Of a stretch of DNA of 64,000 nt, positions 46,390 through 57,669 are shown piece after piece; the stretch's first letter is position 1, and every line of letters begins with the position of its first letter. This DNA is from Scyliorhinus canicula (Eukaryota), in NCBI RefSeq assembly GCF_902713615.1, contig NC_052153.1, positions 191,060,826-191,124,825 on the forward strand, given 5' to 3'. Below the pieces are notes generated by a model. It was not told the DNA's origin and made no database searches. It saw nothing but the letters and a program-made list of their open reading frames with translations. The position numbers and the translations under genes were made by a program.

Positions 46390-49300
46390 GATAGTTATAG
46401 GGGACTGCACAGTAAGGGGCACAGATAGGCGCCTCTGTGGATGTGAAAGAGACTCCAGTATGGTGTGTTGCCTTCCTGGTGCCAGGGTCAAGGATGTCTC
46501 TGAACGAACACAGGGCATCCTGAAGGGGGAGGGTGAACAGCCAGAGGTCACAACATATGCAGGAAGAGTGATGAGGTCCTGCAGAAGGAGTTTAGGGAGT
46601 TAGGCAGTAAGTTCAAAAGTAGGACCTCTAGGGTTGTAATCTCAGGATTACTCCCTGTGCCACGTGCCAGTGAGGTTAGAAATAGGAGGATAGAGCAGCT
46701 AAACACGTGGCTAAACTGGTGGTGTAGGAGGGAGGGTTTCAGATCTCTGGAACACTGGGATCTCTTCTGGGGCAGGTGCGACCCCAAGAAGGACGGGTTG
46801 CATCTAAACTGGAGGGACACTGATATCCTGGCTGGGAGGTTTGCTTGAGTCACTCGGGAGGATTTAAACTAGTCTGGCAGGGGGGTGGGTACCAGAGCGT
46901 TAGCTTAGAAGGTGGAATAACTGAAGGGGAAATAGAGAACAAAAATAAGAGAACAACAGGGGCAGGGGCATGGGAACCTGGATTTTAGTTTTGGGGTACG
47001 GGAGATTGAGAGTATAGAGGTCAGGAGCACAGATTTGACTTCGCAGGAGGGTGCCAGTGTTCAGGTAGGTGGTTTGAAGTGTGTCTACTTTAATGCCGGG
47101 AGTATACGAAATAAGGTAGGGGAACTGGCAGCATGGGTTGGTACCTGGGACTTCGATGTTGTCGCCATTTCAGAGACATGGATAGAGCAGGGACAGGAAT
47201 GGTTGTTGCAGGTTCCGGGGTTTAGGTGTTTTAGTAAGCTCAGAGAAGGGGGCAAAAGAGGGGGAGGTGTGGCGCTGCTAGTCAAGGACAGTATTACGGT
47301 GGCGGAAAGGATGCTAGATGGGCACTCTTCTTCCGAGGTAGTATGGGCTGAGGTTAGAAACAGGAAAGGAGAGGTCACCCTGTTGGGAGTTTTCTATAGG
47401 CCACCTAATAGTTCTAGGGATGTAGAGGAAAGGATGGCGAAGATGATTCTGGAAAAGAGCGAAAGTAACAGGGTAGTTGTTATGGGAGACTTTAACTTTC
47501 CAAATATTGACTGGAAAAGATATAGTTTGAGTACATTAGATGGGTCGTTCTTTGTACAATGTGTGCAGGAGGGTTTCCTGACACAATATGTTGACAGGCC
47601 AACAAGAGGCGAGGCCACATTGGATTTGGTTTTGGGTAATGAACCAGGCCAGGTGTTAGATCTGGAGGTAGGTGAGCACTTTGGAAACAGTGACCACAAT
47701 TCGGTGACCTTTACGTTAGTGATGGAAAGGGATAAGTATACCCCGCAGGGCAAGAGTTATAGCTGGGGGAAGGGCAATTATGATGCCATTAGACATGACT
47801 TAGGATGTGTATGCTGGAGAAGTAGGCTGCAAGGGTTGGGCACACTGGATATGTGGAGCTTGTTCAGGGAACAGCTATTGCATGTTCTTGATAAGTACGT
47901 ACCAGTCAGGCAGGGAGGAAGGGGTCGAGCGAGGGAACCATGGTTTACCAAAGAAGTGGAATCTCTTGTTAAGAGGAAGAAGGAGGCCTATGTGAAGATG
48001 AGGCGTGAAGTTTCAGTTGGGGTGCTTGATAGTTACAAGGAAGCGAGGAAGGATCTAAAGAGAGAGCTAAGACAAGCAAGGAGGGGACATGAGAAGTCTT
48101 TGGCAGGTAGGATCAAGGAAAACCCAAAAGCTTTCTATAGGTATGTCAGGAATAAAAGAATGACTAGGGTAAGAGTAGGGCCAGTCAAGGACAGTGGTGG
48201 GAAGTTGTGTGTGGAGGCTGAGGAGATAAGCGAGATACTAAATGAATACTTTTCGTCAGTATTCACTCAGGAAAAAGATAATATTGTGGAGGAGAATGCT
48301 GAGACCCAGGCTATTAGAATAGATGGCATTGAGGTGCGTAGGGAAGAAGTGTTGGCAATTCTGGAAAAGGTGAAAATAGATAAGTCTCCGGGGCCTGATG
48401 GGATTTATCCTAGGATTCTCTGGGAAGCCAGGGAAGAGATTGCTGAGCCTTTGGCTTTGATTTTTAGGTCATCATTGTCTACAGGAATAGTGCCAGAGGA
48501 CTGGAGGATAGCAAATGTGGTCCCTTTGTTCAAGAAGGGGAGTAGAGATAACCCCGGTAACTATAGGCCGGTGAGCCTAACATCTGTGGTGGGTAAAGTC
48601 TTGGAGAGGATTATAAAAGATACGATTTATAATCATCTAGATAGGAATAATATGATTAGGGATTGTCAGCATGGTTTTGTGAAGGGTAGGTCATGCCTCA
48701 CAAACCTTATCGAGTTCTTTGAGAAGGTGACTGAACAGGTAGACGAGGGTAGAGCAGTTGATGTGGTGTATATGGATTTTAGTAAAGCGTTTGATAAGGT
48801 TCCCCATGGTCGGCTATTGCAGAAAATACGGAGGCTGGGGATTGAGGGTGATTTAGAGATGTGGATCAGAAATTGGCTAGTTGAAAGAAGACAGAGAGTG
48901 GTAGTTGATGGGAAATGTTCAGAATGGAGTTCAGTTACGAGTGGCGTACCACAAGGATCTGTTCTGGGGCCGTTGCTGTTTGTCATTTTTATAAATGACC
49001 TAGAGGAGGGCGCAGAAGGATGGGTGAGTAAATTTGCAGACGACACTAAAGTCGGTGGAGTTGTAGACAGTGCGGAAGGATGTTGCAGGTTACAGAGGGA
49101 CATAGATAAGCTGCAGAGCTGGGCTGAGAGGTGGCAAATGGAGTTTAATGTGGAGAAGTGTGAGGTGATTCACTTTGGAAAGAATAACAGGAATGCGGAA
49201 TATTTGGCTAATGGTAAAATTCTTGGTAGTGTGGATGAGCAGAGGGATCTCGGTGTCCATGTACATAGATCCCTGAAAGTTGCCACCCAGGTTGATAGGG

Positions 49301-49935
49301 TTGTGAAGAAGGCCTATGGTGTGTTGGCCTTTATTGGTAGAGGGATTGAGTTCCGGAGCCATGAGGTCATGTTGCAGTTGTACAAAACTCTAGTACGGCC
49401 GCATTTGGAGTATTGCGTACAGTTCTGGTCGCCTCATTATAGGAAGGACGTGGAAGCTTTGGAACGGGTGCAGAGGAGATTTACCAGGATGTTGCCTGGT
49501 ATGGAGGGAAAATCTTATGAGGAAAGGCTGATGGACTTGAGGTTGTTTTCGTTAGAGAGAAGAAGGTTAAGAGGTGACTTAATAGAGGCATACAAAATGA
49601 TCAGAGGGTTAGATAGGGTGGACAGCGAGAGCCTTCTCCCGCGGATGGAGGTGGCTAGCACGAGGGGACATAGCCTTAAATTGAGGGGTAATAGATGTAG
49701 GACAGAGGTCAGAGGTGGGTTTTTTACGCAAAGAGTGGTGAGGCCGTGGAATGCCCTACCTGCAACAGTAGTGAACTCGCCAACATTGAGGGCATTTAAA
49801 AGTTTATTGGATAAGCATATGGATGATAAGGGCATAGTGTAGGTTAGATGGCCTTTAGTTTTTTTCCATGTCGGTGCAACATCGAGGGCCGAAGGGCCTG
49901 TACTGCGCTGTATCGTTCTATGTTCTATGTTCTAT
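46390..49935 (+). mobile_element. CR1 LINE: broken ORF1 C-terminus (SGNH-esterase-like) plus intact ORF2
   Basis: VIGDCTVRG..LPGARVKDV..DGLHLN; ORF2 at 47035-49842; (ttctatg)n tail. Confidence 0.95.
47035..49842 (+). CDS. CR1 ORF2p, APE endonuclease and reverse transcriptase, 935 codons uninterrupted (start codon uncertain)
   Basis: SETW, GDFN, NSDH; [27 protein letters not shown]. Confidence 0.93.
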   Translation: MTSQEGASVQVGGLKCVYFNAGSIRNKVGELAAWVGTWDFDVVAISETWIEQGQEWLLQVPGFRCFSKLREGGKRGGGVALLVKDSITVAERMLDGHSSSEVVWAEVRNRKGEVTLLGVFYRPPNSSRDVEERMAKMILEKSESNRVVVMGDFNFPNIDWKRYSLSTLDGSFFVQCVQEGFLTQYVDRPTRGEATLDLVLGNEPGQVLDLEVGEHFGNSDHNSVTFTLVMERDKYTPQGKSYSWGKGNYDAIRHDLGCVCWRSRLQGLGTLDMWSLFREQLLHVLDKYVPVRQGGRGRAREPWFTKEVESLVKRKKEAYVKMRREVSVGVLDSYKEARKDLKRELRQARRGHEKSLAGRIKENPKAFYRYVRNKRMTRVRVGPVKDSGGKLCVEAEEISEILNEYFSSVFTQEKDNIVEENAETQAIRIDGIEVRREEVLAILEKVKIDKSPGPDGIYPRILWEAREEIAEPLALIFRSSLSTGIVPEDWRIANVVPLFKKGSRDNPGNYRPVSLTSVVGKVLERIIKDTIYNHLDRNNMIRDCQHGFVKGRSCLTNLIEFFEKVTEQVDEGRAVDVVYMDFSKAFDKVPHGRLLQKIRRLGIEGDLEMWIRNWLVERRQRVVVDGKCSEWSSVTSGVPQGSVLGPLLFVIFINDLEEGAEGWVSKFADDTKVGGVVDSAEGCCRLQRDIDKLQSWAERWQMEFNVEKCEVIHFGKNNRNAEYLANGKILGSVDEQRDLGVHVHRSLKVATQVDRVVKKAYGVLAFIGRGIEFRSHEVMLQLYKTLVRPHLEYCVQFWSPHYRKDVEALERVQRRFTRMLPGMEGKSYEERLMDLRLFSLERRRLRGDLIEAYKMIRGLDRVDSESLLPRMEVASTRGHSLKLRGNRCRTEVRGGFFTQRVVRPWNALPATVVNSPTLRAFKSLLDKHMDDKGIV

Positions 49936-50019
49936 GTAACACCACCCTGTCTGCTGAAACACAGTGGTTTGAAGTATTTGTTTCAATACCAGAAGTATAG
50001 CGGGTAAGGCAGATGAACT

Positions 50020-52090
50020 TAGAACACTTATCAGTACTTGGAATTACGATGCTGTGGCTATCACATAAACGTGGTGAAAGGAAGGGCAGGATTGGCAGCT
50101 GTACATTGGAGGAGACAGATGCTTCAGGAGAGATAGAGGGGGATGTAAAAAGGGTGGGGGAGTAGCATTGCTGGTTAAGGAGAATATTATAGCCGTACTG
50201 TGGGAGGAGACCTCGGAGGGTTCATACAATGAGGCAATCTGGGTAGAGTTTAGGAACAGGAAGGGGGCAATCACAATGTTGGGGGTTTGTTACAGACCCC
50301 CCAACTGCCAGCGAGAGATAGAGGAGCAGATAGGAAGAGAGATTTTGGATAGGTGCAAAAGTAACAGGGTTGTTGTGGTAGGAGATTTTAATTTCCCCGA
50401 TATTGACTGGGACTCACTTGGTGCCAGGGGATTGGATGGGGCAGGGTTTGGAATGTGTATGCACGAAGCCTTCTTGATGGAATATGTCGATAGTCCAACG
50501 AGGGAATGGGGCAGTACTGGACCTGGTATTGGGGAATGAGCCTGGATAGGTGGTTGAGGTTTCAGTAGGGGAACATTTTGGGAGTAGTGACCACAATTCT
50601 GTAGGTTTTAGGGTACTTTTGGATAGGGATGAGGGTAACCCTCACATTAACGTGCTAAACTAGGGAAAGGCAAATTCCGATAACATTAGACAGGAATTGA
50701 AGAATTTGGATTGGGTACGCCTGCTGGAGGGTAAATCAACATCGGACATGTGGGAGTCTTTCAAGCGACAGTTGATTAGGATTCAGGAAAGTCACGTTCC
50801 TGAGAGAACAAAGGATAGCTATGGGAAGTTTAGGGTGCCTTGGAGAACGAGGGATATTGTGAACCTCGTCAAAAAGAAACAGGAGACTGTTGTACGGGTC
50901 TAGCAGGGTGGGGACAGTCGAAACCCTTGAGGAATAGAAAAAAAGTAGGAAGGTACCGAAGCGGAATATTAGGGGGGCTCGGAGGGGTCATGAAAAGTCC
51001 TTGGCTAGGAGGATTAAGGTGAATCCCAAAGCTTTTTATTCATATGTAAAAAAGGACAAGGAATCTATGTGTTGAGCCAGAGGAAATTGGCAAGGTACTA
51101 AATGAATACTTTGCATCAGTGTTCATCAAAGAAAGGGACTTTGTGGAAGATTCTTGGGTAGGGTGTATGGACAGTCTGGATCATGTTAACATCAAAAAGG
51201 AGGAGGTATTGGGCCTTTTAAAAGATATTAAGGTTGATGCACAATCAATGGACACGAAACGTAGATGAAGTCCGAACGATAGGCTTTAATGCACAAGAAG
51301 TGTACCCGGCAGCAGACGTACAGAAGAAAGGCCGACTGCCGGGAAGCACGGGTTCTTATATCCCGCCTCGTAGGCGGAGCTACCTACCTCTCAGCCAATC
51401 GGCTGAGAGGCACATGACTTACCCGGGCCAATGGGCAGCAGGTCCTCTGCACCAATAGCAGCTCACTTCCAGGTACCGTAATACCCCTAGTCATACTACC
51501 ACAAAGGTAGATAAGTCTCCTGGGCCGGGTGGGATTTACCCCAGAATACTGAGAGAAGCAAGGGGGGAAATTGCTGGGGCCTTGACTGACATCTTTGTAT
51601 CCTCATTGGCTACAGGTGAGATCCCAGAGGACTGGAGAATAGCTAATGTGGTGCCGCTGTTTAGCAGGGATAATCTTCGAAACTATAGGCAGGTGAGCCT
51701 CACGTCGGTAGTTGGTAAATCTCCTCGGGGACAGGATTATACACATTTGGAAACAAATGGACTCATTAGCGATAGACAGCATTGTTTTGTGAAGGGGAGG
51801 TCGTGCCTCACTAACATGATTGAGTTTTTTGAGGAGGTGACAAAGATGATTGATGAGGGGAGGGTGGTGGATGTTGTTTACATGGACTTCAGTAAAGCCT
51901 TTGTCAAGGTGCCTCATGGTAGACTGGTACAAAAGGTGAAGTCACACGGGATCAGAGGTGAGGTGGCAAGGTGGATACAGAACTGGCTCGGTCACAGAAG
52001 GCAAAGGGTAGCAGTAGAAGGGTGTTTTTCTGAATGGGAGGTTGAGACTAGTGGTGTTCCACACGGCTCTGGGCTGGGGCCTCTGTTGTT
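50020..52090 (+). mobile_element. Degraded CR1 ORF2 with a solo-LTR insertion
   Basis: Fragmented EN (YRPPNCQRE..GDFN) and RT (DFSKAFVKVPHG). Confidence 0.85.
51235..51503 (-). mobile_element. Gypsy solo LTR, related to but distinct from the 45905 LTR
   Basis: tgatgc...tcatactaccaca ends; 5-bp TSD aaggt (51230-51234 and 51504-51508). Confidence 0.88.
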
Positions 52091-52094
52091 GTTT

Positions 52095-53815
52095 TTTTAA
52101 AGTATTTCAATAAAACAGTAGTAACCATGATAACAAAACAAACTAGAGTGAACATTAACATAGTGCAAAAAGAGAATATACAATAACAATTGAATAGACA
52201 TTACCCCACGTGACCCGGTCTTCCCACACCATCCCAATGAAGCGCTCACACGCCCCCCCCCCCCCAACTCCAACTCCCCCCACGGATTGCTGCTGCTGCT
52301 GACATTTTAATGTTCCCTGAGAAAGTTGACGAACGGCTGCCACCTCCGAGAGAACCCTAGCGTAGACCCTCTTAAGGCAAACTGTATTTTCTCGAGGCTG
52401 AGAAACCCAGCCATGTCGGTAACTCAAGTCTCTATAATCAGGGGCTTCGAGTCCCTCCACATTAATAAAATCCGTCTCCAGGCTACTAGGGAGGCAAAGG
52501 CCAAGTCGGCCTCTTTCGCCCCCTGAACTCCCGGGTCTTCTGACACTCCAAAGATCGCTATCTCTGGACTCGGCACCACCCGTGTGTTAAGCACCTTGGA
52601 CATTGCCCTCGTGAACCCTTGCCAGAACTCTCTAAGCTCCGGGCAAGCAGACATAGTTTGCAGGGCTGCCCTTGCACCTCATACAACTGTCTTCTACCCC
52701 CAAAAACTTGCTCATTCTCTCTGCCGTCATGTGTGCCCGGTGGACCACCTAAAATTGAATTAGACTGAGCCTGGCACATGATGAGGAGGACCTGCCCAGG
52801 ACCTCTGCCCACAGACCCGCTTCCAACTCCTCACCTAGCTCCTCCTCCCACTTGCCCTTGAGCTCCTCCACCGGGGTTTCCTCCGCCTCCTGTAGTTCCT
52901 GGTAGATATCCCACACCTTCCCCTCCCCCACCCAGGTGCCGGAGACCACCCTGCCCTGTATCCTCAGTGGCGGCAGCGTCAGAAAGGCCACTACCTGTTT
53001 TCTTTCAGGAAGTCTCGTACTTGCAGATAATTAAAGGCGTTTCCTGGCAGCAGATTAAATTTGTCCTCTAGTGCCTTCAAACTGGGAAAGCTTCCGTCTA
53101 TGAAGAGATCTCCCATCTTTCTGATGCCTGCCCTCTGCCAGCTCTGGAACCCACCATCCATCCTACCCGGGACAAACCTGTGGTTGTTACATATCGGGGT
53201 CCAGACCGACGCTCCCTCCACCTTCTTGTACCTCCTCCACTGTCCCCAGATCCGCAGCGTCACCACCACCACCGGACTTGTGGAGTAACGGGTCGGCGAG
53301 AATGGCAAAAGAGCCGTTATCAACGCTCCCAGACTAGTACCTTTACATGAGGCCACCTCCAGCTGCTCCCATGCCACCCCATCACCCATGGGCCACTTCC
53401 TAATCATAGATATATTGGCTGCCCAGTAGTAGTTGAACCCCCCCCCCCCCCCGATTGCGCTCCAACAGCGATCTCCTTACTCGCGGGGTATATTCGCCCA
53501 CACAAAGCCCGTAATGATCCTACTCACCCGCTTAAAAAAGGCCTTGGAGATGAAGATGGGGAGGCACTGAAAGACAAACAAAAATCTGGCGAGGACAGTC
53601 ATTTTCACAGTCTGCACCCTCCCCGCCAGTGACAGCGGGAGCATGTCCCACCTTTTAAAGTCCCCTTCCATTTGTTCTCCCAACCGGGTCAGGTTGAGCC
53701 TATGCAAGGCATCCCATTTCCTGGCCACCTGTATACCCAGGTAACAAAAACATTTCTGTACCATCCTGAGCAGCAGCTCTTTCAGTCTCTCTTCCTGCCC
53801 CTTGGCCTGGATGGG
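52095..53815 (-). mobile_element. L1 ORF2 3' portion and 3' UTR, degraded
   Basis: YLGIQV..LSLAGRVQTVKMTVLARFLFVFQCLPI; similar to the L1 at 59436. Confidence 0.85.
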
Positions 53816-54782
53816 GCCTTTGTTGTTTGTAGTGTACATAAACGATTTGGAGAAAAATGTAGCCGGTCTGATTAGTAAGTTCACAGATGACACCAAGGTT
53901 GGTGGAGGGGCTGATAGTGTTGAGGATTGTCGGAGGATACAGCAGGACATAGATAGGTTGAAGACTTGGGCAGAGAAATGACAAATGTGAGGTAATGCGT
54001 TTTGGTAGGGCTAACATCGAGAGGAAATATACCGTAAATGGCAAAACTCTTAGCAATATAGAAAGTCAGAGAGATCTGGGCGTGCAGGTCCACAGATCGT
54101 TGAAGGTGGCAACACAAGTGGACAAGGTGGTCAAGAAAGCAAACGGAATGCTTGCCTTCATTGGACGGGGCAATTGAGTATAAAATGTGGCAAGTCATGT
54201 TACAGTTGTATAGAACCTTGGTAAGGCCGCACTTGAAATGTTGCGCAAAATTCTGGTCACCACACTACCAGAAGGATGTGGAAGCTTTGGAGAGGGTGCA
54301 GAGGAGGTTTCCCAGGATGTTGCCTGGTCTGGAGGGTGTTAGCTATGTGGAGAAGCTGAATAGACTCAGACTGTTTTCATTAGAAAGATAGAGGCTGAGG
54401 GGTGACCTGATAGAGGTCTACAAGATTATTAGGGACATGGATAGAGTGGATGGGCAGGCACTCTTTCCCAGGGTGGAGGGGTCAGTCACCAGGAGGCATA
54501 GGTTTAAGATCTCTGGGCCAAAGTTTAGAGGAGATGTGCGAGGCAGGTTTTTTAACACAGAGGGTGGTGAGTGGCTGGAACGCGTTGCCAGGGTAGGGTG
54601 TGGAAGCAGATACATTAATGACATTCAAAAGTCATCTTGACAAACACATGGATGGGTTGGGTATAGAGGGATACGGCACAAGGAAGTGCTGAGGGTTCTG
54701 GCCAAGGTTGGTATCATGACTGGTACAGGCTTGGAGGGCCGAAGGGCCTGTTCCTCTGCTGTATTGTTCTTTGTTCTTTGCA
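53816..54782 (+). mobile_element. CR1 3' fragment
   Basis: DLGVQVHRSLKVATQVDKVVKKA; tail gggccgaagggcctg. Confidence 0.88.
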
Positions 54783-55199
54783 TCACCTGTTCCTTGTTTC
54801 ACAAAAGGTTTAAGTTATTAAGTTACAAACTATAGCAGAACAGGTTTCACAAATCGGGTTGAAATTGGAGGAAATCTCCCTGTACTTTATCAGGAAACGT
54901 GACCTCTGGCCGCTTGAGAAACATGAATAATAAACAACGACACAGAGGAAAGGAATGTTCATAAAGGGATTGCTGCTACCTCCATATATGAGAGACACTG
55001 AGCTGAGCTTCCTATTGCAAAGCCATGCTGGCACTATGACTCTGTATTTCCACTTCTGTCGTGGCTAATCTGCTGCTGAAACCCCCCCAGTCACGCCTTT
55101 CTTATCTCTACACTCGACTATTCCAGTGCACTCCTGTCTGGCTTACCACCTTCTCTAAATTTAAGATACCATGTGCTGACTCATGCCACGTTCTGTTCA

Positions 55200-55231
<32 letters not shown>

Positions 55232-55351
55232 ACGCGCAGTAACCTACTTGGGTTACCGGTTAAGCAATGCCTCGATTTTGAAAGTCTCATCCATGCTTTC
55301 AAATCCCTCTGTGGCCTTGTCCATCCCGATTGCTGTAACCTGTTCTTGTAG

Positions 55352-55692
55352 CAGAGTGGCGCAGTGGTAACGTCTTTGGACCAGTAAACCAGAGGCCCAG
55401 GCTGAAGTCCACGGGACGTGGGTTCAAATCCCACCACGACAGCCGGGGGAATTGAAATTCAATTGATAAAATCTGGAATTAAAAATAACAGGGTGGCACT
55501 GTGGCGCAGCGGTTAGCACTGCTGACTGCCGACTCTGGGTCACTGACCGTCTGGAGTTTTCACATTCTCCCCGTGTTTACGTGGGTTTTTCCCCCACAAT
55601 CCAAAGATGTGCAGGGTAGGTGGATTGGCCATGCTAAATTGCCCCTTATTTGGAAAAAAAAAAGAATTGGGCACTCTAAATTAGAAAAGAAA
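55352..55692 (+). mobile_element. Deu-SINE head followed by a short-tail V-SINE
   Basis: tRNA-like head at about 55352-55490, then a V core with gggcactctaaatt tail. Confidence 0.7.
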
Positions 55693-55887
55693 TAGCTAGA
55701 CGAAGTAATTGCAACCACAATTGTCCCCCGCCCCTCCATTCATCCTCTGGGATCAGTAAACCATCCGCGCCTGAAACGTGTCACACTCTTTATTTAACTT
55801 ATACATCATATTTAAACTATTGTTTCTGGTGAATCTGGTGGATGAGGTGTTGCTCCAGCATATTAATTTATCCTCGATGGTGTTGAG

Positions 55888-56280
55888 TGATGTGTTGGGT
55901 CTGCGAGGACTGCGTTTCCTGCAGTAGTGAGAGAGACAGGCTTCCAACACTTGAAGAAATGCAACTCCATTTTATTGAACTCTTAACTATCATACATACT
56001 TTAACTGTGGGTTGACACTATGCTGAGTTGCCTGGAGACCTGAGGCTAACCTGACCAGACTATCTTACTACCACATGGTGTATGTTCTAGTTGCTGCTCA
56101 CGGGCTCTGACTGTCTCAGTAGCTGGATCCCGAGAGAGCGGGAACACTAGTGCCCTCTGGCTTTATAGTGGCCATGTCCTGTCTGATGATTGGCTGCTGT
56201 GTTCTGTGTGTTCATTGGTCATCCTGTGTGTCAATCAATGTCTGTCTGTGCACCATCATACACCTGTGTGTATATTGTAG
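55888..56280 (-). mobile_element. Possible solo LTR
   Basis: Minus-strand CCAAT (about 56190), TATAAA (about 56161-56166) and AATAAA (about 55971-55976) in LTR order; termini and TSD not resolved. Confidence 0.4.
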
Positions 56281-56389
56281 CTTCTTTATTATTGTTGGAG
56301 CTGCACTCATCCAGTCATGTGGGAGTATTTCATCACACTTCTCACTTGTGCCTTGTAGATGGTGAACAGACTTTGGGGACACAGGAGAT

Positions 56390-57085
56390 GAATTATTTGC
56401 TGTAGAATTCCCAGTCGTTGACCTGCTCTGGTAGCCACAGTATTTATATGGCCAGTCCAGTTCTGTTTCTGGTCAATGGTAGCCCCCAGGATGTTGATAA
56501 TTGAATCATAGAACGGCCATTTGGCCCATCAAGTCTGCACCAACCCTCTAAAGAGAACCCTACCTTGGCCCACTCCCCTGCCCTATCCCTGTAACCCCAC
56601 GCAGTGGCCAATCCACTTATCCTACACATCTTGGGACATGAAGGGGCAATTTAGCATGGCTGTTCCACCTAATCTGCGAATCCTTGGTGGGAATTCAACG
56701 ATGGTAATGGCATTGAATGTCAAGGGATGGTGGTTAGATCCTCTCTTATAAGGGCTGGTCATTGCCTGGTCCTTGTGTGGCTCAAATGTAACCTGCTACT
56801 TAGCAGCAAGAGTCTGGATATTGTCCAGGTCTTGCTGCATTTGGACATGGACTGCTTCATTATCTGAGGAGTCGCGAATGGTGCTGAACATTGTGCAGTC
56901 ATCCGCAAACATCCCCACTTCTGAGCTTGTGATGGAAGGAAGGTCATTGATGAAGCAGCTGAAGATGGTTGGGCCGAGGACACTACCCTGAGGAACTCCT
57001 GCAGTGATGTCATGGGACTGAGATGATTGAACTCCAACCACCACAACCATCTTCCTTTGTGTTCAGCATGACTCGAATCAGACTC
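56390..57085 (-). mobile_element. CR1-like RT fragment interrupted by a SINE or tail piece
   Basis: [27 protein letters not shown]. Confidence 0.8.
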
Positions 57086-57469
57086 TCTGGGATATCACCT
57101 GGTCTCTCACCTCCCCACCCACCCCAACCCACTCACAATGCGCCGTTCCACCCTCCCCTGTTTCCGTGTAAAATTCCTGGGACTTTGCTTTCTGATGTTT
57201 AAAGGGGGCTATCCAAATATCGAATGTGGCTCATTCAGCAGCAGCCTGCTGGGGGTTTGTGAGGGGTGCGGGCTGGTGGCACTGGAGAAATTAGTTCCCT
57301 CAATGCAGGGAAATACACCACTTAGTGAGGACGTAAGATTAGTGAGGCCCAGATTTCCCCAGGTTCAGATCCTGACTTGCGCTGAATAAACAGATCCTAG
57401 TCCATATAACATTGGTGGACCACACGTAGACTCTGTACTCCCCCACTTAGCAATAAGGGAAGAGAAGAT

Positions 57470-57664
57470 GAAAAAATGAAATGAAATGTAATGAAAATCG
57501 CTTATTGTCACAAGTAGGCTTCAAATGAAGTTACTGTGAAAAGCCCCTAGTCGCCACATTCCAGCGCCTGTTCGGGGAGGCTGTTACGGGAATTGAACCG
57601 TGCTGCTGGCCTGCCTTGGTCTGCTTTAAAAGCCAGCGATTTAGCCCTGTGCTAAACAGCCCCT
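57470..57664 (-). mobile_element. tRNA-derived SINE family B
   Basis: Full head and tail on the minus strand. Confidence 0.88.
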
Positions 57665-57669
57665 TAATG

